Of a stretch of 64,000 bases of DNA, positions 9,627 to 20,628 are shown piece by piece. This DNA is from Alphaproteobacteria bacterium (GTDB lineage Bacteria > Pseudomonadota > Alphaproteobacteria > Rs-D84). The notes beneath the pieces are model-generated. The model was not told where the DNA came from. It saw only the letters and a list, made by a program, of their open reading frames with translations, and made no database searches. The stretch spans positions 32,001 to 96,000 of the forward strand of contig JAVBPX010000001.1 in assembly GCA_031549365.1 (NCBI GenBank), given 5' to 3'. Position 1 is the stretch's first letter. The number at the start of each line of letters is the position of its first letter. Made by a program: the position numbers and the translations under genes.

Positions 9627-10937
9627 TCAGACGCGAAAGCGACCATGTTTGTTTGCTTTTTTAATCACTCCGGCATACTGTCTGGCAATCAAGTGGGATT
9701 GGATCTGGGTCACGGTGTCCAAAATAACACCTGCAACGATCAAAACACTGGTCCCGCCGACTACGATTGGCATCCCGAATTGTGTATTCAATAAAATTGG
9801 TAATACACAGACGGCCACCAAGTATGTAACCCCGATAACGGTGATGTTTGTCACAACGCCATCCAGGTATTTAACGGTTTGTTCCCCTGGGCGAACCCCT
9901 GGAATGTAACCGCCATGATTCTTTAAATTATTTGCAGTTTCTTCGGAATTGAAAACAATTGCCGTTTGAAAAAATGCAAAGAATATAATTAAAACTGTGA
10001 ACAACAACATATATGACCAAGTACCGTATGTAAATACAGCCATAACGTGCTGAAACCATAATGCGTCGGATTGAATAAAACGGCCGACGAATGCAGGCAA
10101 CATCAAAATTGACGATGCAAACACAGGACCCATAACACCCGACATGTTCATTTTTAATGGCAAATATGATGAATTATTGTTTGCGCCTGGCGTTGTTTGT
10201 CGTGGGTATAAAATTTGAATACGACGTTGGGCTTGCTCCATGAATGCAATTAATGCAACGATTCCAACAACAAATCCAATGATTAATAAAATCATCATTG
10301 GCGATATTTGACCAACTGATCCCAATTGAATCATATTTGATAAACCACTGGGCAATCCTGCGATAATTCCTGCGAAAATCAATAATGATGCGCCCTGACC
10401 AATTCCGCGGGCTGTGATTTGTTCCGCCAACCACATAATAAATGTTGTTCCACCAACCAAGCAAACAATTGTTGAAAAGCGAAAGAACCAACCTGGATTA
10501 ATAACTGCAAATTGTCCGTTCACAGGCGCCATCGATTCCAAACCAACAGCAACAGCGTATGCCTGGACTGCGCACAATATCACCGCTAAATAACGAGTAT
10601 ACTGATTGATTTTGATGCGGCCTGCTTCGCCTTCTTTGCGTAATTCGCCCAATCCTTTTGATGTGGCGGACAACAATTGAATAACGATTGATGCGGAAAT
10701 GTATGGAAAAATGTTCAATGCCAATACAGACATACGTGATAACGCACCACCTGTAAATAAATCAAACATACCCATCATACCATTATCACCTTGGAATAAA
10801 TGCAACACCGCGGATGCATTTACGCCAGGTAACGGAATGAAAGAACCAATACGGTATACAATCAATGCAATCAAAGTGAACATTATCCGCTTTTTTAAAT
10901 CGGACATTCCAGAAAACATATCTTTGACTGACGCCAT
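9627..10937 (-). CDS. secY: Preprotein translocase SecY
   Basis: PYISASIVIQLL, GIGQGASLLIFAGII, IPGVRPG, GGTSVLI; about 10 TM helices. Confidence 0.98.
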   Translation of the reverse strand: MASVKDMFSGMSDLKKRIMFTLIALIVYRIGSFIPLPGVNASAVLHLFQGDNGMMGMFDLFTGGALSRMSVLALNIFPYISASIVIQLLSATSKGLGELRKEGEAGRIKINQYTRYLAVILCAVQAYAVAVGLESMAPVNGQFAVINPGWFFRFSTIVCLVGGTTFIMWLAEQITARGIGQGASLLIFAGIIAGLPSGLSNMIQLGSVGQISPMMILLIIGFVVGIVALIAFMEQAQRRIQILYPRQTTPGANNNSSYLPLKMNMSGVMGPVFASSILMLPAFVGRFIQSDALWFQHVMAVFTYGTWSYMLLFTVLIIFFAFFQTAIVFNSEETANNLKNHGGYIPGVRPGEQTVKYLDGVVTNITVIGVTYLVAVCVLPILLNTQFGMPIVVGGTSVLIVAGVILDTVTQIQSHLIARQYAGVIKKANKHGRFRV

Positions 10938-10967
10938 GGATTAACCCCCCGGTTCGTTAATTCAATC

Positions 10968-11576
10968 TTATTTTTTTGCGGCTGCTTTTTTGGCGGCTGG
11001 TTTTGCCACGGCTTTTTTAGCCGGAGCTTTAACAGCTTTTTCAGCCTTTGGTGCTTTTTCAGCCTTTTCTGTTTTTACAGTTTTTTCAGCTTTATCAGCT
11101 TTGGCAACAACTTGTTTTGTAACCAATTTAACTGAACCACCTGCTTTTTCAATTGCAGCTTTGGCTGTTTCAGAAATTTTTACAACTTCTACATTAATTG
11201 CTGTAACAACTGTTCCAACACCCAAAATTTTAACACCATCTTTTACACGACGGATTAAACCGGCGGATTTCAAAGATTCTGCATCAATAACTTTTTTTGC
11301 ATCCAATTTATTATTTTTGATTGCTTTTTCGATTTCCAAAACATTTACTGTTGCGTATTCTTTTGAAAATGGATTTTTAAATCCAACCATTGGCAAACGT
11401 TTGAAAATTGGTGTTTGACCACCTTCGAATGTAGCTGAACCAGATGCGCCCGCACGTGCTTTTTGACCCTTGTGTCCACGACCAGATGTTTTACCCAATC
11501 CTGATCCAATTCCGCGTCCAACGCGTTTTTTGCTTGGTCTTGCGCCAGCGTTATCCATCAAAGCATTTAATTTCAT
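10968..11576 (-). CDS. rplO: 50S ribosomal protein L15 with Lys/Ala/Pro-rich tail
   Basis: [31 protein letters not shown]. Confidence 0.98.
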   Translation of the reverse strand: MKLNALMDNAGARPSKKRVGRGIGSGLGKTSGRGHKGQKARAGASGSATFEGGQTPIFKRLPMVGFKNPFSKEYATVNVLEIEKAIKNNKLDAKKVIDAESLKSAGLIRRVKDGVKILGVGTVVTAINVEVVKISETAKAAIEKAGGSVKLVTKQVVAKADKAEKTVKTEKAEKAPKAEKAVKAPAKKAVAKPAAKKAAAKK

Positions 11577-11591
11577 AACCTACTCCCTGTA

Positions 11592-11774
11592 TTAATCTTG
11601 GATCGAAACCAAGTGTTTAACTTTTTCGATCATGCCACGTGTTTCAGGGCAATCTTTCAAAGTTTTTGTTTTTCCAATGCGCCCCAATCCCATACCTTTT
11701 AAAACTTTTACTTGTTTTTCAGATCTTGCAATGGTGCTTTTTGTTTGTTTAACTGTTACGGTTTTTTGTGCCAT
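11592..11774 (-). CDS. rpmD: 50S ribosomal protein L30
   Basis: Position and [11 protein letters not shown] motif. Confidence 0.95.
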   Translation of the reverse strand: MAQKTVTVKQTKSTIARSEKQVKVLKGMGLGRIGKTKTLKDCPETRGMIEKVKHLVSIQD

Positions 11775-11789
11775 ATCTATCCCCTTTAA

Positions 11790-12341
11790 TTATTCCGCCG
11801 CAGCGTCTTTTTTATCTTTGCCATCACGGGCAGCGATAATATCAGTAACTGATTTTCCACGACGCGCCGCAATAGATTTCGGAGAATTCATATTTTTCAA
11901 TGCTTCGAAAGTTGCACGAACCATGTTGTGTGGGTTGTTTGAACCTTGGGATTTTGCGACAACGTCTGCAACGCCCAAACATTCAAATACTGCACGCAAT
12001 GGTCCACCTGCGATCACACCTGTACCGGCGGATGCGGAACGTAAAACTACTTTGCCAGCACCGTATTTTGCAGTCATATCGTGATGCAATGTACGGCCTT
12101 CTTTTAATGGAACGCGAATCATATTGCGTTTCGCAGCTTTGTTTGCTTTTTGAACAGCAGATTGAATTTCCAATGCTTTGCCTGTTCCAAATCCAACGCG
12201 CCCTGCTTTGTCGCCAACAACAACGATTGCCGAGAACGAAAAGTTTTTTCCGCCCTTAACCGTTTTAGCAACACGATTAATATGCACCAAACGATCGACC
12301 AAGTTGTCTGTTTGTAAATTGCTTTGATTTACTTTAGCCAT
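11790..12341 (-). CDS. rpsE: 30S ribosomal protein S5
   Basis: [22 protein letters not shown]. Confidence 0.98.
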   Translation of the reverse strand: MAKVNQSNLQTDNLVDRLVHINRVAKTVKGGKNFSFSAIVVVGDKAGRVGFGTGKALEIQSAVQKANKAAKRNMIRVPLKEGRTLHHDMTAKYGAGKVVLRSASAGTGVIAGGPLRAVFECLGVADVVAKSQGSNNPHNMVRATFEALKNMNSPKSIAARRGKSVTDIIAARDGKDKKDAAAE

Positions 12342-12358
12342 TTTACCTATCCTCTCTA

Positions 12359-12709
12359 TTAAAATTTCATGCCAGCGGCACGGGCGCCATCAGCCAATGC
12401 TTTCACACGGCCATGGAATTTATATCCACCGCGATCAAAATAAACATCTTTCAATTTCATTTTGACAGCGCGTTCACCCAATGCTTTACCAACCAATGTG
12501 GCACCTTCTACTGACCAGCCTTTGCCTTTGAAATCTTTTTCCATAGACGAAGCGGAAGCCAATGTTTTTCCAGCAACATCATCAATGATTTGTGCTGAAA
12601 TATGGCGGCCTGAACGGTTTACGGATAAACGTAATTTACCATAGTTATTTTTTTTCAACGCATAACGATTGCGTGTAATTCTGCGTTGTTCTGTATCCAA
12701 GTGTACCAT
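12359..12709 (-). CDS. rplR: 50S ribosomal protein L18
   Basis: [35 protein letters not shown]. Confidence 0.97.
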   Translation of the reverse strand: MVHLDTEQRRITRNRYALKKNNYGKLRLSVNRSGRHISAQIIDDVAGKTLASASSMEKDFKGKGWSVEGATLVGKALGERAVKMKLKDVYFDRGGYKFHGRVKALADGARAAGMKF

Positions 12710-12720
12710 CGTTTTATCCT

Positions 12721-13269
12721 TTATTTCTTCTTGCCTTCTTTGCGGCGGATCTTTTCTGATTTATAGAATATACCCTTGCCTTTATATGGTTCCGGCGGAC
12801 GAATCGCGCGAACTTCTGCTGCAAATTGTCCAACGGCCTGTTTGTCGATTCCGCTGATTTTGAATTCAGTTGGCGCTGTTGATTCAACAGTTATGCCATT
12901 TGGAATGTCCAATTTAACGTCGTGTGAAAATCCGGCAATCAATACCAATTTGTTTCCAGAAACTGACGCTTTGAATCCAACACCCTTCATTCCCATTTCT
13001 TTGGAAAATCCAGCTGTAACGCCCATAACAGCCGATTTAATCAATCGTGTCATGGCGCCCCACATTGCGCGTGATTCTTTGTCATCTGCGTTTGTTGGTG
13101 TAACAAAGATTTCATTTTCTTTGATTTCAATGTTAACCAAATTTGCGTTTTTATGTTCCAAACTTACTTTCAGCTCGCCTTTTGGTCCGCGTACGATTAA
13201 CGCTTTGTCCGCTTTTGTTACGGATACGCCATCTTTCAGTTGAACAGGATATTTCCCAGCTCTTGACAT
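12721..13269 (-). CDS. rplF: 50S ribosomal protein L6
   Basis: [11 protein letters not shown]. Confidence 0.98.
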   Translation of the reverse strand: MSRAGKYPVQLKDGVSVTKADKALIVRGPKGELKVSLEHKNANLVNIEIKENEIFVTPTNADDKESRAMWGAMTRLIKSAVMGVTAGFSKEMGMKGVGFKASVSGNKLVLIAGFSHDVKLDIPNGITVESTAPTEFKISGIDKQAVGQFAAEVRAIRPPEPYKGKGIFYKSEKIRRKEGKKK

Positions 13270-13287
13270 ATTATTTGCTCCTTTACC

Positions 13288-13686
13288 TTAAACAACGCGA
13301 CACAAAATTTCGCCGCCCAAATTTTCAAGTCTGGCTTGGTAATCGGCCATAACACCTTTTGGTGTTGACACGATAGCAATACCCAACCCGTTCAAAACGC
13401 GTGGCATTTTTGCACTCTTTGAATATACTCGACGTCCAGGTTTGGACACACATTGGATTTCTTGGATTGCTCCGCGACCTTCAACATATTTCAAGTCAAT
13501 TTCAAAATTTTCTTTGTTATCTTCTGTTTTTGTACGGCGAAAGTCTTTAATAAAACCTTCTGCTTTTAAAACGTTCAAAACGTTTCCGCGCAAATTGGAT
13601 GTTGGACAAACAACTTTATCTTTGCCCGCAGCCTGAGCATTGCGAATTCGTGTGATCATATCTCCGATTGGATGTGTAAATGTCAT
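13288..13686 (-). CDS. rpsH: 30S ribosomal protein S8
   Basis: PIGDMITRIRNA, SKPGRRVY, GLGIAIVSTPKG. Confidence 0.98.
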   Translation of the reverse strand: MTFTHPIGDMITRIRNAQAAGKDKVVCPTSNLRGNVLNVLKAEGFIKDFRRTKTEDNKENFEIDLKYVEGRGAIQEIQCVSKPGRRVYSKSAKMPRVLNGLGIAIVSTPKGVMADYQARLENLGGEILCRVV

Positions 13687-13715
13687 TCTTGATCCTCTTC
13701 GTTATATCTTTACAA

Positions 13716-14018
13716 TTACCAGCTGGACTTACGCAAGCCTGGCAATTTGCCTTCGTGCGCTTGTTTGCGGACTTGTTGTCTGCACAAACCGAACTGACCC
13801 ATATACCCACGGGCACGTCCTGTAATTGCACAGCGTTTATGAACGCGAGTGGCCGATGAATTGCGTGGCAATTTTGCCAATTTTTTCATCGCTTCGAAAC
13901 GTTCTTCTGGGGTCGCCTCTGGCGTCATTTTTTCTTTCAGCAATTCGCGTTTTTTGGCATATTTTTTAACCAATTTTTCGCGATGTGCGTTTTTTTCCAT
14001 TAATGCTAATTTTGCCAT
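13716..14018 (-). CDS. rpsN: 30S ribosomal protein S14 (long form)
   Basis: LPRNSS, RCAITGR, LPGLRKSSW. Confidence 0.97.
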   Translation of the reverse strand: MAKLALMEKNAHREKLVKKYAKKRELLKEKMTPEATPEERFEAMKKLAKLPRNSSATRVHKRCAITGRARGYMGQFGLCRQQVRKQAHEGKLPGLRKSSW

Positions 14019-14033
14019 CTGTTATCCCCTTTA

Positions 14034-14579
14034 TTATTTCAAAACCAAAGGCAGGTTCATCTTGGTCAACAAAGCGCGTGCTTCGTCATCCGATTTTGCA
14101 GTGGTGCCGATAACAATATCCATTCCTTTGATCGAATCAATTTTATCGAAATCGATTTCTGGGAATATCAAATGTTCTTTGATTCCGAATGCATAGTTTC
14201 CATTACCATCAAATTTTGATTTTGACAATCCGCGGAAGTCTTTGATTCGTGGCAAAGCAATTGTAACCAAACGGTCCAAGAAATCATACATACGTTTTCC
14301 ACGCAATGTAACTTTCACACCGATTGGTTGACCTTGGCGTAAACGATATGTTGCGATCGATTTACGTGCTTTGGTCATCACTGGTTTTTGAGCTGCGATT
14401 GCCATCATATCAGCAAAAGCCGCATCTACTTTCTTTTTATCGCTGACGCCTGCGCCAACGCCCATGTTCAAGACGATTTTAGTCAGTCTTGGAACAGCTA
14501 TGTCATTTGAATACCCGAATTCTTTTTTTAATTCTGGGACAACGACTTTCTCGTAATGAGTTCTTAAACGGCTTTGCAT
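14034..14579 (-). CDS. rplE: 50S ribosomal protein L5
   Basis: [25 protein letters not shown]. Confidence 0.98.
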   Translation of the reverse strand: MQSRLRTHYEKVVVPELKKEFGYSNDIAVPRLTKIVLNMGVGAGVSDKKKVDAAFADMMAIAAQKPVMTKARKSIATYRLRQGQPIGVKVTLRGKRMYDFLDRLVTIALPRIKDFRGLSKSKFDGNGNYAFGIKEHLIFPEIDFDKIDSIKGMDIVIGTTAKSDDEARALLTKMNLPLVLK

Positions 14580-14591
14580 TTAACTTGCTCC

Positions 14592-14909
14592 TTATTTCTT
14601 GTCCGACAACACAGTGCCACTTTTTTTGGCAACGCGTACTTTTGCGCCTTTATCCGATTTCGAATAGCCGACACGTGTTGGTTTTTTTGTCTTTGGATCC
14701 AACAATGCAACGTTTGAAACGTGGATTGGAGTTTCCGTTTCTTGGATGTGTCCTGGTTTTTCTTGGGTCGGTTTAATGTGTTTTTTTACACGATTAACAC
14801 CTTCTACCAATACTTTGCATTTTTCTGGGTATGCAGCCAAGACTTTACCCTTAACCCCTTTGTATTTACCAGAAATCACAATGACTTCGTCGTTTTTCTT
14901 GATTTTCAT
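14592..14909 (-). CDS. rplX: 50S ribosomal protein L24
   Basis: KOW motif, PIHVSNV. Confidence 0.97.
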   Translation of the reverse strand: MKIKKNDEVIVISGKYKGVKGKVLAAYPEKCKVLVEGVNRVKKHIKPTQEKPGHIQETETPIHVSNVALLDPKTKKPTRVGYSKSDKGAKVRVAKKSGTVLSDKK

Positions 14910-14923
14910 TTTTGACTCCTTGA

Positions 14924-15298
14924 TTACAATACTTCTGGTGCCAAAGATACGATTTTTTGGAAATCGTATTTTCTACGTACTTCACGGGCCACAGGTCCGA
15001 AAATACGTGTGCCCAGGGGCTCGCGGTTATTTTTATTAATCAATACTGCTGCATTTTCGTCAAAGCGAATAACGGAACCGTCTGCGCGTTTAACATCGTA
15101 TTTTGTACGAACGATAACAGCGCGTTGAACTGTACCTTTTTGCACTTTGCCGCGTGGCAGAGCATCTTTCACGGCAACAACGATAATGTCACCAATTGAA
15201 GCATAACGAGCATGCGATCCGCCCAATACTTTAATGCATTGAACTTTTTTCGCACCACTGTTATCAGCAACATTCAAAACTGTTTCGACTTGGATCAT
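14924..15298 (-). CDS. rplN: 50S ribosomal protein L14
   Basis: [26 protein letters not shown]. Confidence 0.99.
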   Translation of the reverse strand: MIQVETVLNVADNSGAKKVQCIKVLGGSHARYASIGDIIVVAVKDALPRGKVQKGTVQRAVIVRTKYDVKRADGSVIRFDENAAVLINKNNREPLGTRIFGPVAREVRRKYDFQKIVSLAPEVL

Positions 15299-15310
15299 CG
15301 TATTGCCTCT

Positions 15311-15592
15311 TTATTTTGTTGGTTCATCGGATGTTTCAACAGTTGTATCTTTGGCTTTACCAACCAACCCTGTAACAACCCATGCTTTGGTTTTGGAAAT
15401 TGGACGATGTTCTTCGATCGCAACAATATCCCCTACTTTGAATTCGTTATTTTCGTCATGTGCTTTGTACTTTTTGTTTTGTTTAACAAACTTTTTGTAC
15501 AATGGGTGACGGAAACGGCGTTCGACGTTAACCACAACGGTTTTATCGTTTTTGGTACTAATCACTTCACCTTGTAATACGCGTTTTGGCAT
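15311..15592 (-). CDS. rpsQ: 30S ribosomal protein S17
   Basis: DKTVVV, HPLYKK, RPISKTK. Confidence 0.98.
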   Translation of the reverse strand: MPKRVLQGEVISTKNDKTVVVNVERRFRHPLYKKFVKQNKKYKAHDENNEFKVGDIVAIEEHRPISKTKAWVVTGLVGKAKDTTVETSDEPTK

Positions 15593-15595
15593 GAC

Positions 15596-15811
15596 TTACG
15601 CCCCTTTTTTTGTTTTCGCTTCGTTATTCAAGGCTGAAATTTGTGTTTTAACCCTTGCAACTTCACGACGTGTTTTACGGACAACATGTGTTTTTGGCAA
15701 TTGACCTGTTGTCAATTGGAAACGCATGTTCATTTGTTCTTTTTTCAAACCTGCCAGTTTGGTCATCAATTCGTCCATACCAGCTTTTTGATCAACTACT
15801 TTTTTTGCCAT
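15596..15811 (-). CDS. rpmC: 50S ribosomal protein L29
   Basis: [18 protein letters not shown]; position. Confidence 0.96.
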   Translation of the reverse strand: MAKKVVDQKAGMDELMTKLAGLKKEQMNMRFQLTTGQLPKTHVVRKTRREVARVKTQISALNNEAKTKKGA

Positions 15812-15825
15812 TTCACTTTCCTCGC

Positions 15826-16239
15826 TTAATTTGGACGACGTTGAACGATTTTCGTTTTAACGGGCAATTTGTGTGCAGCCAATGTCAATGCTTCGGTTGC
15901 AACGTCTTCTTTGACTCCGTCGATTTCGAACATGATACGGCCTGGTTTTACTCGGCATGCCCAGTAATCCACAGCACCTTTACCTTTACCCATACGAACT
16001 TCGGCTGGTTTTGATGTAACAGGTAAATCTGGGAAAATACGGATCCATACACGGCCCACACGTTTCATGTGACGTGTAACTGCACGACGCGCGGCTTCGA
16101 TTTGACGGGCTGTAACACGTTCTGGGCTCATCGCTTTCAATCCGAAAGTTCCGAATGATAATTCAGCACCACCCTTGGCGTTACCGTGAATACGGCCTTT
16201 GTGCTGTTTACGATATTTCGTACGTTTAGGCATTAACAT
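15826..16239 (-). CDS. rplP: 50S ribosomal protein L16
   Basis: [23 protein letters not shown]. Confidence 0.99.
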   Translation of the reverse strand: MLMPKRTKYRKQHKGRIHGNAKGGAELSFGTFGLKAMSPERVTARQIEAARRAVTRHMKRVGRVWIRIFPDLPVTSKPAEVRMGKGKGAVDYWACRVKPGRIMFEIDGVKEDVATEALTLAAHKLPVKTKIVQRRPN

Positions 16240-16242
16240 GTC

Positions 16243-16956
16243 TTAGTCCTCTTTTTTTGCAACGCGTTTTTCAGAAGATGCTGCGATTTCACGAGGTGCG
16301 GACAATTCGCGCGCCATCTTTTCTTCGTTAACAACATCGCCTGTGTAAATCCAAACTTTAACTCCGATTACACCATAAGTTGTTCTTGCTTGAATTGATG
16401 CATAATCAATATCAGCACGCAATGTGTGTAGTGGGATACGACCTTCTCTCATGGCTTCGGACCTGGCAATTTCGGCACCGTTTAAACGTCCGCCGCATTG
16501 AACTTTGATTCCTTTGGCCCCTGCGCGCATTGCATTTTGAACTGCTTTTTTCATGGCGCGTTTAAAAGAAACACGGCCTTCGATTTGCTGAGCAATTGAT
16601 TTTGCAACCAAAACAGCAGACAAATCCGCGCGACGAACTTCAACGATGTTAACAACAACGTTGTCGTTTTTGGTCAATTTTTTAATATCATTGCGCAATG
16701 CCTCGATATCAGCACCGGCTTTGCCAATGATAACTCCTGGACGTGAAGTATGAACAGTTACAACCAATTTTTTGGCCAAACGTTCGATAACAACTTTCGA
16801 TAATCCGGCTTTTTTCAGCTTTTTTTCCAAGAATTCACGAATTTTATGATCTTCGATCAACAAAGTCGAATAATCTTTTTTGCTGGCCATCCAACGGGAA
16901 TCAGGTGTCCTGTTGATCATAATTCTCTGAATAATTGGTGATATTTTGTGACCCAT
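16243..16956 (-). CDS. rpsC: 30S ribosomal protein S3
   Basis: RPGVIIGKAG, GRLNGAEIARSE, PLHTLRADIDY. Confidence 0.98.
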   Translation of the reverse strand: MGHKISPIIQRIMINRTPDSRWMASKKDYSTLLIEDHKIREFLEKKLKKAGLSKVVIERLAKKLVVTVHTSRPGVIIGKAGADIEALRNDIKKLTKNDNVVVNIVEVRRADLSAVLVAKSIAQQIEGRVSFKRAMKKAVQNAMRAGAKGIKVQCGGRLNGAEIARSEAMREGRIPLHTLRADIDYASIQARTTYGVIGVKVWIYTGDVVNEEKMARELSAPREIAASSEKRVAKKED

Positions 16957-17420
16957 TATTTATCCCCTTTGTTGGCTTTTTTAGCAGCAGGTTTCGCAAC
17001 AGCTTTTTTTTCAACTGTTTCTTTTTTTGCTGCTGACTTTGCTGGTTTTTCAGCTTTTGCTGTTGGAACAACCGATTCCAGAATGATAGTCAAGCTTGAA
17101 AATGGTTTCAAGATTGGACCCGCACGACCTTTGGAACGTGGGTTCATTCTTTTCATTGTGATTGATTTGCCAACGAATGATTCTTTAACAATCAAGCTGT
17201 CTGCTTTCATGCCTTTGTTGTTTTCTGCGTTTGCAATAGCAGATAACAAAGTTTTTTTCGCATCATTTGCAGAGCGTTTTTTCGAGAAAGTCAGAGCGTC
17301 AACCGCCTTGTTCACAGGCAATCCACGAATTGATTCAGCCACCAAGTTTAATTTTTGCGAGCTTGCACGAATTAATCGATTGAAAGCACGTACTTGATTA
17401 TCTTTTAATTTATTTGTCAT
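16956..17420 (-). CDS. rplV: 50S ribosomal protein L22 with Lys/Ala-rich tail
   Basis: SAIANAENN, PRSKGRA. Confidence 0.97.
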   Translation of the reverse strand: MTNKLKDNQVRAFNRLIRASSQKLNLVAESIRGLPVNKAVDALTFSKKRSANDAKKTLLSAIANAENNKGMKADSLIVKESFVGKSITMKRMNPRSKGRAGPILKPFSSLTIILESVVPTAKAEKPAKSAAKKETVEKKAVAKPAAKKANKGDK

Positions 17421-17431
17421 TCTGCTTTCCC

Positions 17432-17743
17432 TTATTTCTTAGCCGCTGGTTTCGGTGCTGGTTTTTTGGCAGCAGCCGCTTTTTTATTGGCAGCGTGTCC
17501 ACGGAATGTTCTGGTCGGTGCAAATTCACCCAATTTGTGTCCAATCATATCTTCTACGATTGAAACTGGGATAAATTTTTGACCGTTGTGAACATTAAAT
17601 GTTAACCCAACCATCGGAGGAATAATAGTCGATGCGCGAGACCAAGTTTGAACTGGTTTGCGATCGTTTGTTTCGTTTGCCTTTTGAACTTTTTTCAAAA
17701 TTGAAGGGTGGACAAAAGGACCTTTCCATACTGAACGAGCCAT
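17432..17743 (-). CDS. rpsS: 30S ribosomal protein S19 with Lys/Ala/Pro tail
   Basis: [20 protein letters not shown]. Confidence 0.98.
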   Translation of the reverse strand: MARSVWKGPFVHPSILKKVQKANETNDRKPVQTWSRASTIIPPMVGLTFNVHNGQKFIPVSIVEDMIGHKLGEFAPTRTFRGHAANKKAAAAKKPAPKPAAKK

Positions 17744-17755
17744 AACAATCTCCTA

Positions 17756-18589
17756 TTATTTCTTTTTGGCCACATGGCGTGAACGGATAATATATTTATC
17801 TGTTCTTTTGTTAACACGGGTTCTGTAACCTTTGGCAATGATACCAGATGGGGACATAGCTGGATGTCCTTTGGATTTACCATTACCACCACCATTTGGA
17901 TGGTCCACAGGGTTCATCGCAATACCGCGAACAGATGGACGGATACCCAACCAACGTTTACGGCCTGCTTTACCATAATTAATATTACGTTGATCTGGAT
18001 TTGAAACAACACCAACTGTTGCAACACATTCAGAAAAAATCTTGCGCAACTCGCCTGATCCCATTTTAATTTGGGCATATGGGCCGTCTTTACCCATCAA
18101 TTGGGCATAGCAACCAGCAGATCTCGCCAACTGGCCACCGGCACCTGGTTTCATTTCAACGTTGTGAACGATTGTACCGATTGGCATGTTTTTCAATGGC
18201 AATGCGTTACCCGGTTTAATATCAACATTGTTACCTGCGATAACAGTGTCGCCAACCGCTAATTTTTGTGGTGCCAAAATGTATGCTTTTTCTTTGTCTG
18301 CATATTCAATCAATGCAATAAAAGCTGTACGATTTGGATCGTATTCCAAACGCAAAACTGTTGCTGGCACGTCTTTTCTCATACGTTTGAAATCAATCAT
18401 ACGATATTTACGTTTATGCCCACCACCTTGGTGACGTACAGTAATACGTCCCATGTTGTTGCGTCCACCTTTGGATGTTAATCCGCGGGTCAAAGTTTTT
18501 TCTGGATCCCCTTTGTATAAATCGGAACGGTCAACCATAACCAGGCCGCGCATTCCAGGGGTAATCGGTTTATATTTTTTAAGTGCCAT
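17756..18589 (-). CDS. rplB: 50S ribosomal protein L2
   Basis: [25 protein letters not shown]. Confidence 0.99.
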   Translation of the reverse strand: MALKKYKPITPGMRGLVMVDRSDLYKGDPEKTLTRGLTSKGGRNNMGRITVRHQGGGHKRKYRMIDFKRMRKDVPATVLRLEYDPNRTAFIALIEYADKEKAYILAPQKLAVGDTVIAGNNVDIKPGNALPLKNMPIGTIVHNVEMKPGAGGQLARSAGCYAQLMGKDGPYAQIKMGSGELRKIFSECVATVGVVSNPDQRNINYGKAGRKRWLGIRPSVRGIAMNPVDHPNGGGNGKSKGHPAMSPSGIIAKGYRTRVNKRTDKYIIRSRHVAKKK

Positions 18590-18616
18590 GTCTATTATCC
18601 TTTTACCGTTTGCACC

Positions 18617-18925
18617 TTACATCCCAGCCATAACGTCAATTTTTTGATTATCGGCCAGGGTCACGTACGCTTTTTTTACCAAGCGTTGTTGTCCAGAACG
18701 TCCTTTGAAAATTTTTACTTTTCCTTTGGTGTTCACGACATTAATTTTTTTCACTTTTACGCCATAGATTGCTTCAACAGCACGTTGAATATCACCTTTG
18801 GTCGCATCAGTTGCAACTTCGAAAACGACAGCGTTTTTTTCCGCAGCATTCGCAGCTTTTTCTGTGATGATTGGGCGAACCAAAACATCATACATAACTG
18901 GTGTTATTACTTTTTTATCAGCCAT
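18617..18925 (-). CDS. rplW: 50S ribosomal protein L23
   Basis: PIITEKA, KKAYVTL. Confidence 0.97.
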   Translation of the reverse strand: MADKKVITPVMYDVLVRPIITEKAANAAEKNAVVFEVATDATKGDIQRAVEAIYGVKVKKINVVNTKGKVKIFKGRSGQQRLVKKAYVTLADNQKIDVMAGM

Positions 18926-18927
18926 CG

Positions 18928-19551
18928 TTATGCTCCTAATCTTTCTTCGATTTTTTGAATCGCATCTTGGGTCAACACCAAGTTGTCATGTTTCAAAATA
19001 TCATATACATTCAATCCGATTGTTGGCAAAACATCAACGTGTGGAATGTTTGCAACAGATTTTTTGAAATTTGTATCAACGGCTTCGCCACCAACAAACA
19101 AAACATTTTTAACATTCATTTTTTCCAAAACTTTTGTCATTTCAGATGTTTTTGGCGCTTTCATTGCTTCGGAATCCAAGATAACGATTTTACCTTCTTT
19201 AATTTTCGAAGACAATGCCATTTTCAAGCCCAATGCACGGATTTTCTTTGGCAAATCGATTTCGTGTGAACGAACGACTGGTCCGAAAATAACCGCACCA
19301 CCGCGCATGTGTGGGGAACGAGTAGATCCCTGACGGGCGTGTCCTGTGCCTTTTTGTTTAAATGGCTTTTTTGTTGATCCGGAAATATCGCTGATTGATT
19401 TTGCTTTATGTGTTCCGGCACGACGATTGGCCAATTGGTATTGAACAACACGGTGCAAAATATCAGAACGTGGTTCAATTCCGAAAATCGCATCATTTAA
19501 TGTTGCTTTGCCGACGGATTTTCCATCAAAATTGATAACATTTAATTGCAT
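18928..19551 (-). CDS. rplD: 50S ribosomal protein L4
   Basis: QKGTGHARQGS, RGGAVIFGP; start set at ATG 19551 next to the rplC stop. Confidence 0.97.
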   Translation of the reverse strand: MQLNVINFDGKSVGKATLNDAIFGIEPRSDILHRVVQYQLANRRAGTHKAKSISDISGSTKKPFKQKGTGHARQGSTRSPHMRGGAVIFGPVVRSHEIDLPKKIRALGLKMALSSKIKEGKIVILDSEAMKAPKTSEMTKVLEKMNVKNVLFVGGEAVDTNFKKSVANIPHVDVLPTIGLNVYDILKHDNLVLTQDAIQKIEERLGA

Positions 19552-19552
19552 A

Positions 19553-20269
19553 TTATTCCTCCGTCGAAACTGTTTGTTCGGCAACTACTTCTTCTTTTTT
19601 GCCGGCTGTTGGAACTGGCAATTCAGATGGCAATGTTTTTTTTGTAGCATCGCGAACTGTTACAAATGATCCTTTACCACCTGGTACAGCACCAATTACG
19701 AATAACAATCCGTTTTCTGAATCTGTTCCGAAAACTTCAATATTTTGAACCGTTACGGTTTCATTACCCATTTGTCCTGGCATTTTACGGCCTTTGAAAA
19801 CACGACCTGGCAATTCACGGTTACCTGTGGATCCCAAAGAACGGTGGGCTTTTAAAACACCGTGCGATGCTTCCAGTCCGGCAAAGTTATGACGTTTAAT
19901 GCCGCCTTGGAAACCTTTACCTTTGGATGTCGATGTCACATCAACAAATTGTCCACGAATAAAGTGTTCAACAGTCAATGCTTGACCAACTGGCATCATA
20001 CAATCATCCGATACACGGAATTCCACAACTTTGCGGAATGGCTTGACGCCTTCTTTTTTGTAATGTCCCAATTGTGGTTTAGCCACGTGTTTTTCTTTAG
20101 CTTCGTTCAATCCAACTTGGACCGCAACGTAACCATGTTTATCCATTGTGCGTTGACCTACAACTGTACAGTCTTTGGCTTGCAAAACAGTTACTGGAAC
20201 GCTGTTGCCGTTTTCATCAAACAAGCGTGTCATTCCAACTTTCGTAGTGATAATTCCCGAACGTTTCAT
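19553..20269 (-). CDS. rplC: 50S ribosomal protein L3
   Basis: KVGMTR, KGKGFQGGIKRHNF, GRKMPGQMG. Confidence 0.98.
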   Translation of the reverse strand: MKRSGIITTKVGMTRLFDENGNSVPVTVLQAKDCTVVGQRTMDKHGYVAVQVGLNEAKEKHVAKPQLGHYKKEGVKPFRKVVEFRVSDDCMMPVGQALTVEHFIRGQFVDVTSTSKGKGFQGGIKRHNFAGLEASHGVLKAHRSLGSTGNRELPGRVFKGRKMPGQMGNETVTVQNIEVFGTDSENGLLFVIGAVPGGKGSFVTVRDATKKTLPSELPVPTAGKKEEVVAEQTVSTEE

Positions 20270-20286
20270 ATTTGATACTCTTCCTT

Positions 20287-20598
20287 TTACAATTGAATCT
20301 TCACGTCAACACCGGCCGCCAAATCCAACTTCATCAGAGCATCTACGGTTTGAGGGGTTGGATTAACAATATCGATCACGCGTTTGTGGTTGCGGATTTC
20401 GAACTGCTCACGGGCTTTTTTATCCACATGAGGCGAGCTGTTGACAGTAAACTTTTGAACCAGAGTTGGAAGAGAAACAGGCCCCTTGACCTCTGCCCCT
20501 GTTCTCTTGGCTGTTTTTACAATTTCATCAACCGAATTAATCAAAACGCGGTGATCAAATGCAGCCAATTTAATACGAATTTTTTGAGTAGCAATCAT
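20287..20598 (-). CDS. rpsJ: 30S ribosomal protein S10
   Basis: [23 protein letters not shown]. Confidence 0.98.
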   Translation of the reverse strand: MIATQKIRIKLAAFDHRVLINSVDEIVKTAKRTGAEVKGPVSLPTLVQKFTVNSSPHVDKKAREQFEIRNHKRVIDIVNPTPQTVDALMKLDLAAGVDVKIQL

Positions 20599-20628
20599 AG
20601 TCTATTCCTCTTTCCAACTTGATTTATA

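Noticed and set aside
20272-20622. 116-aa plus-strand ORF and other long antisense ORFs across the ribosomal cluster
   Set aside because: Shadows of highly biased codon usage on the coding strand
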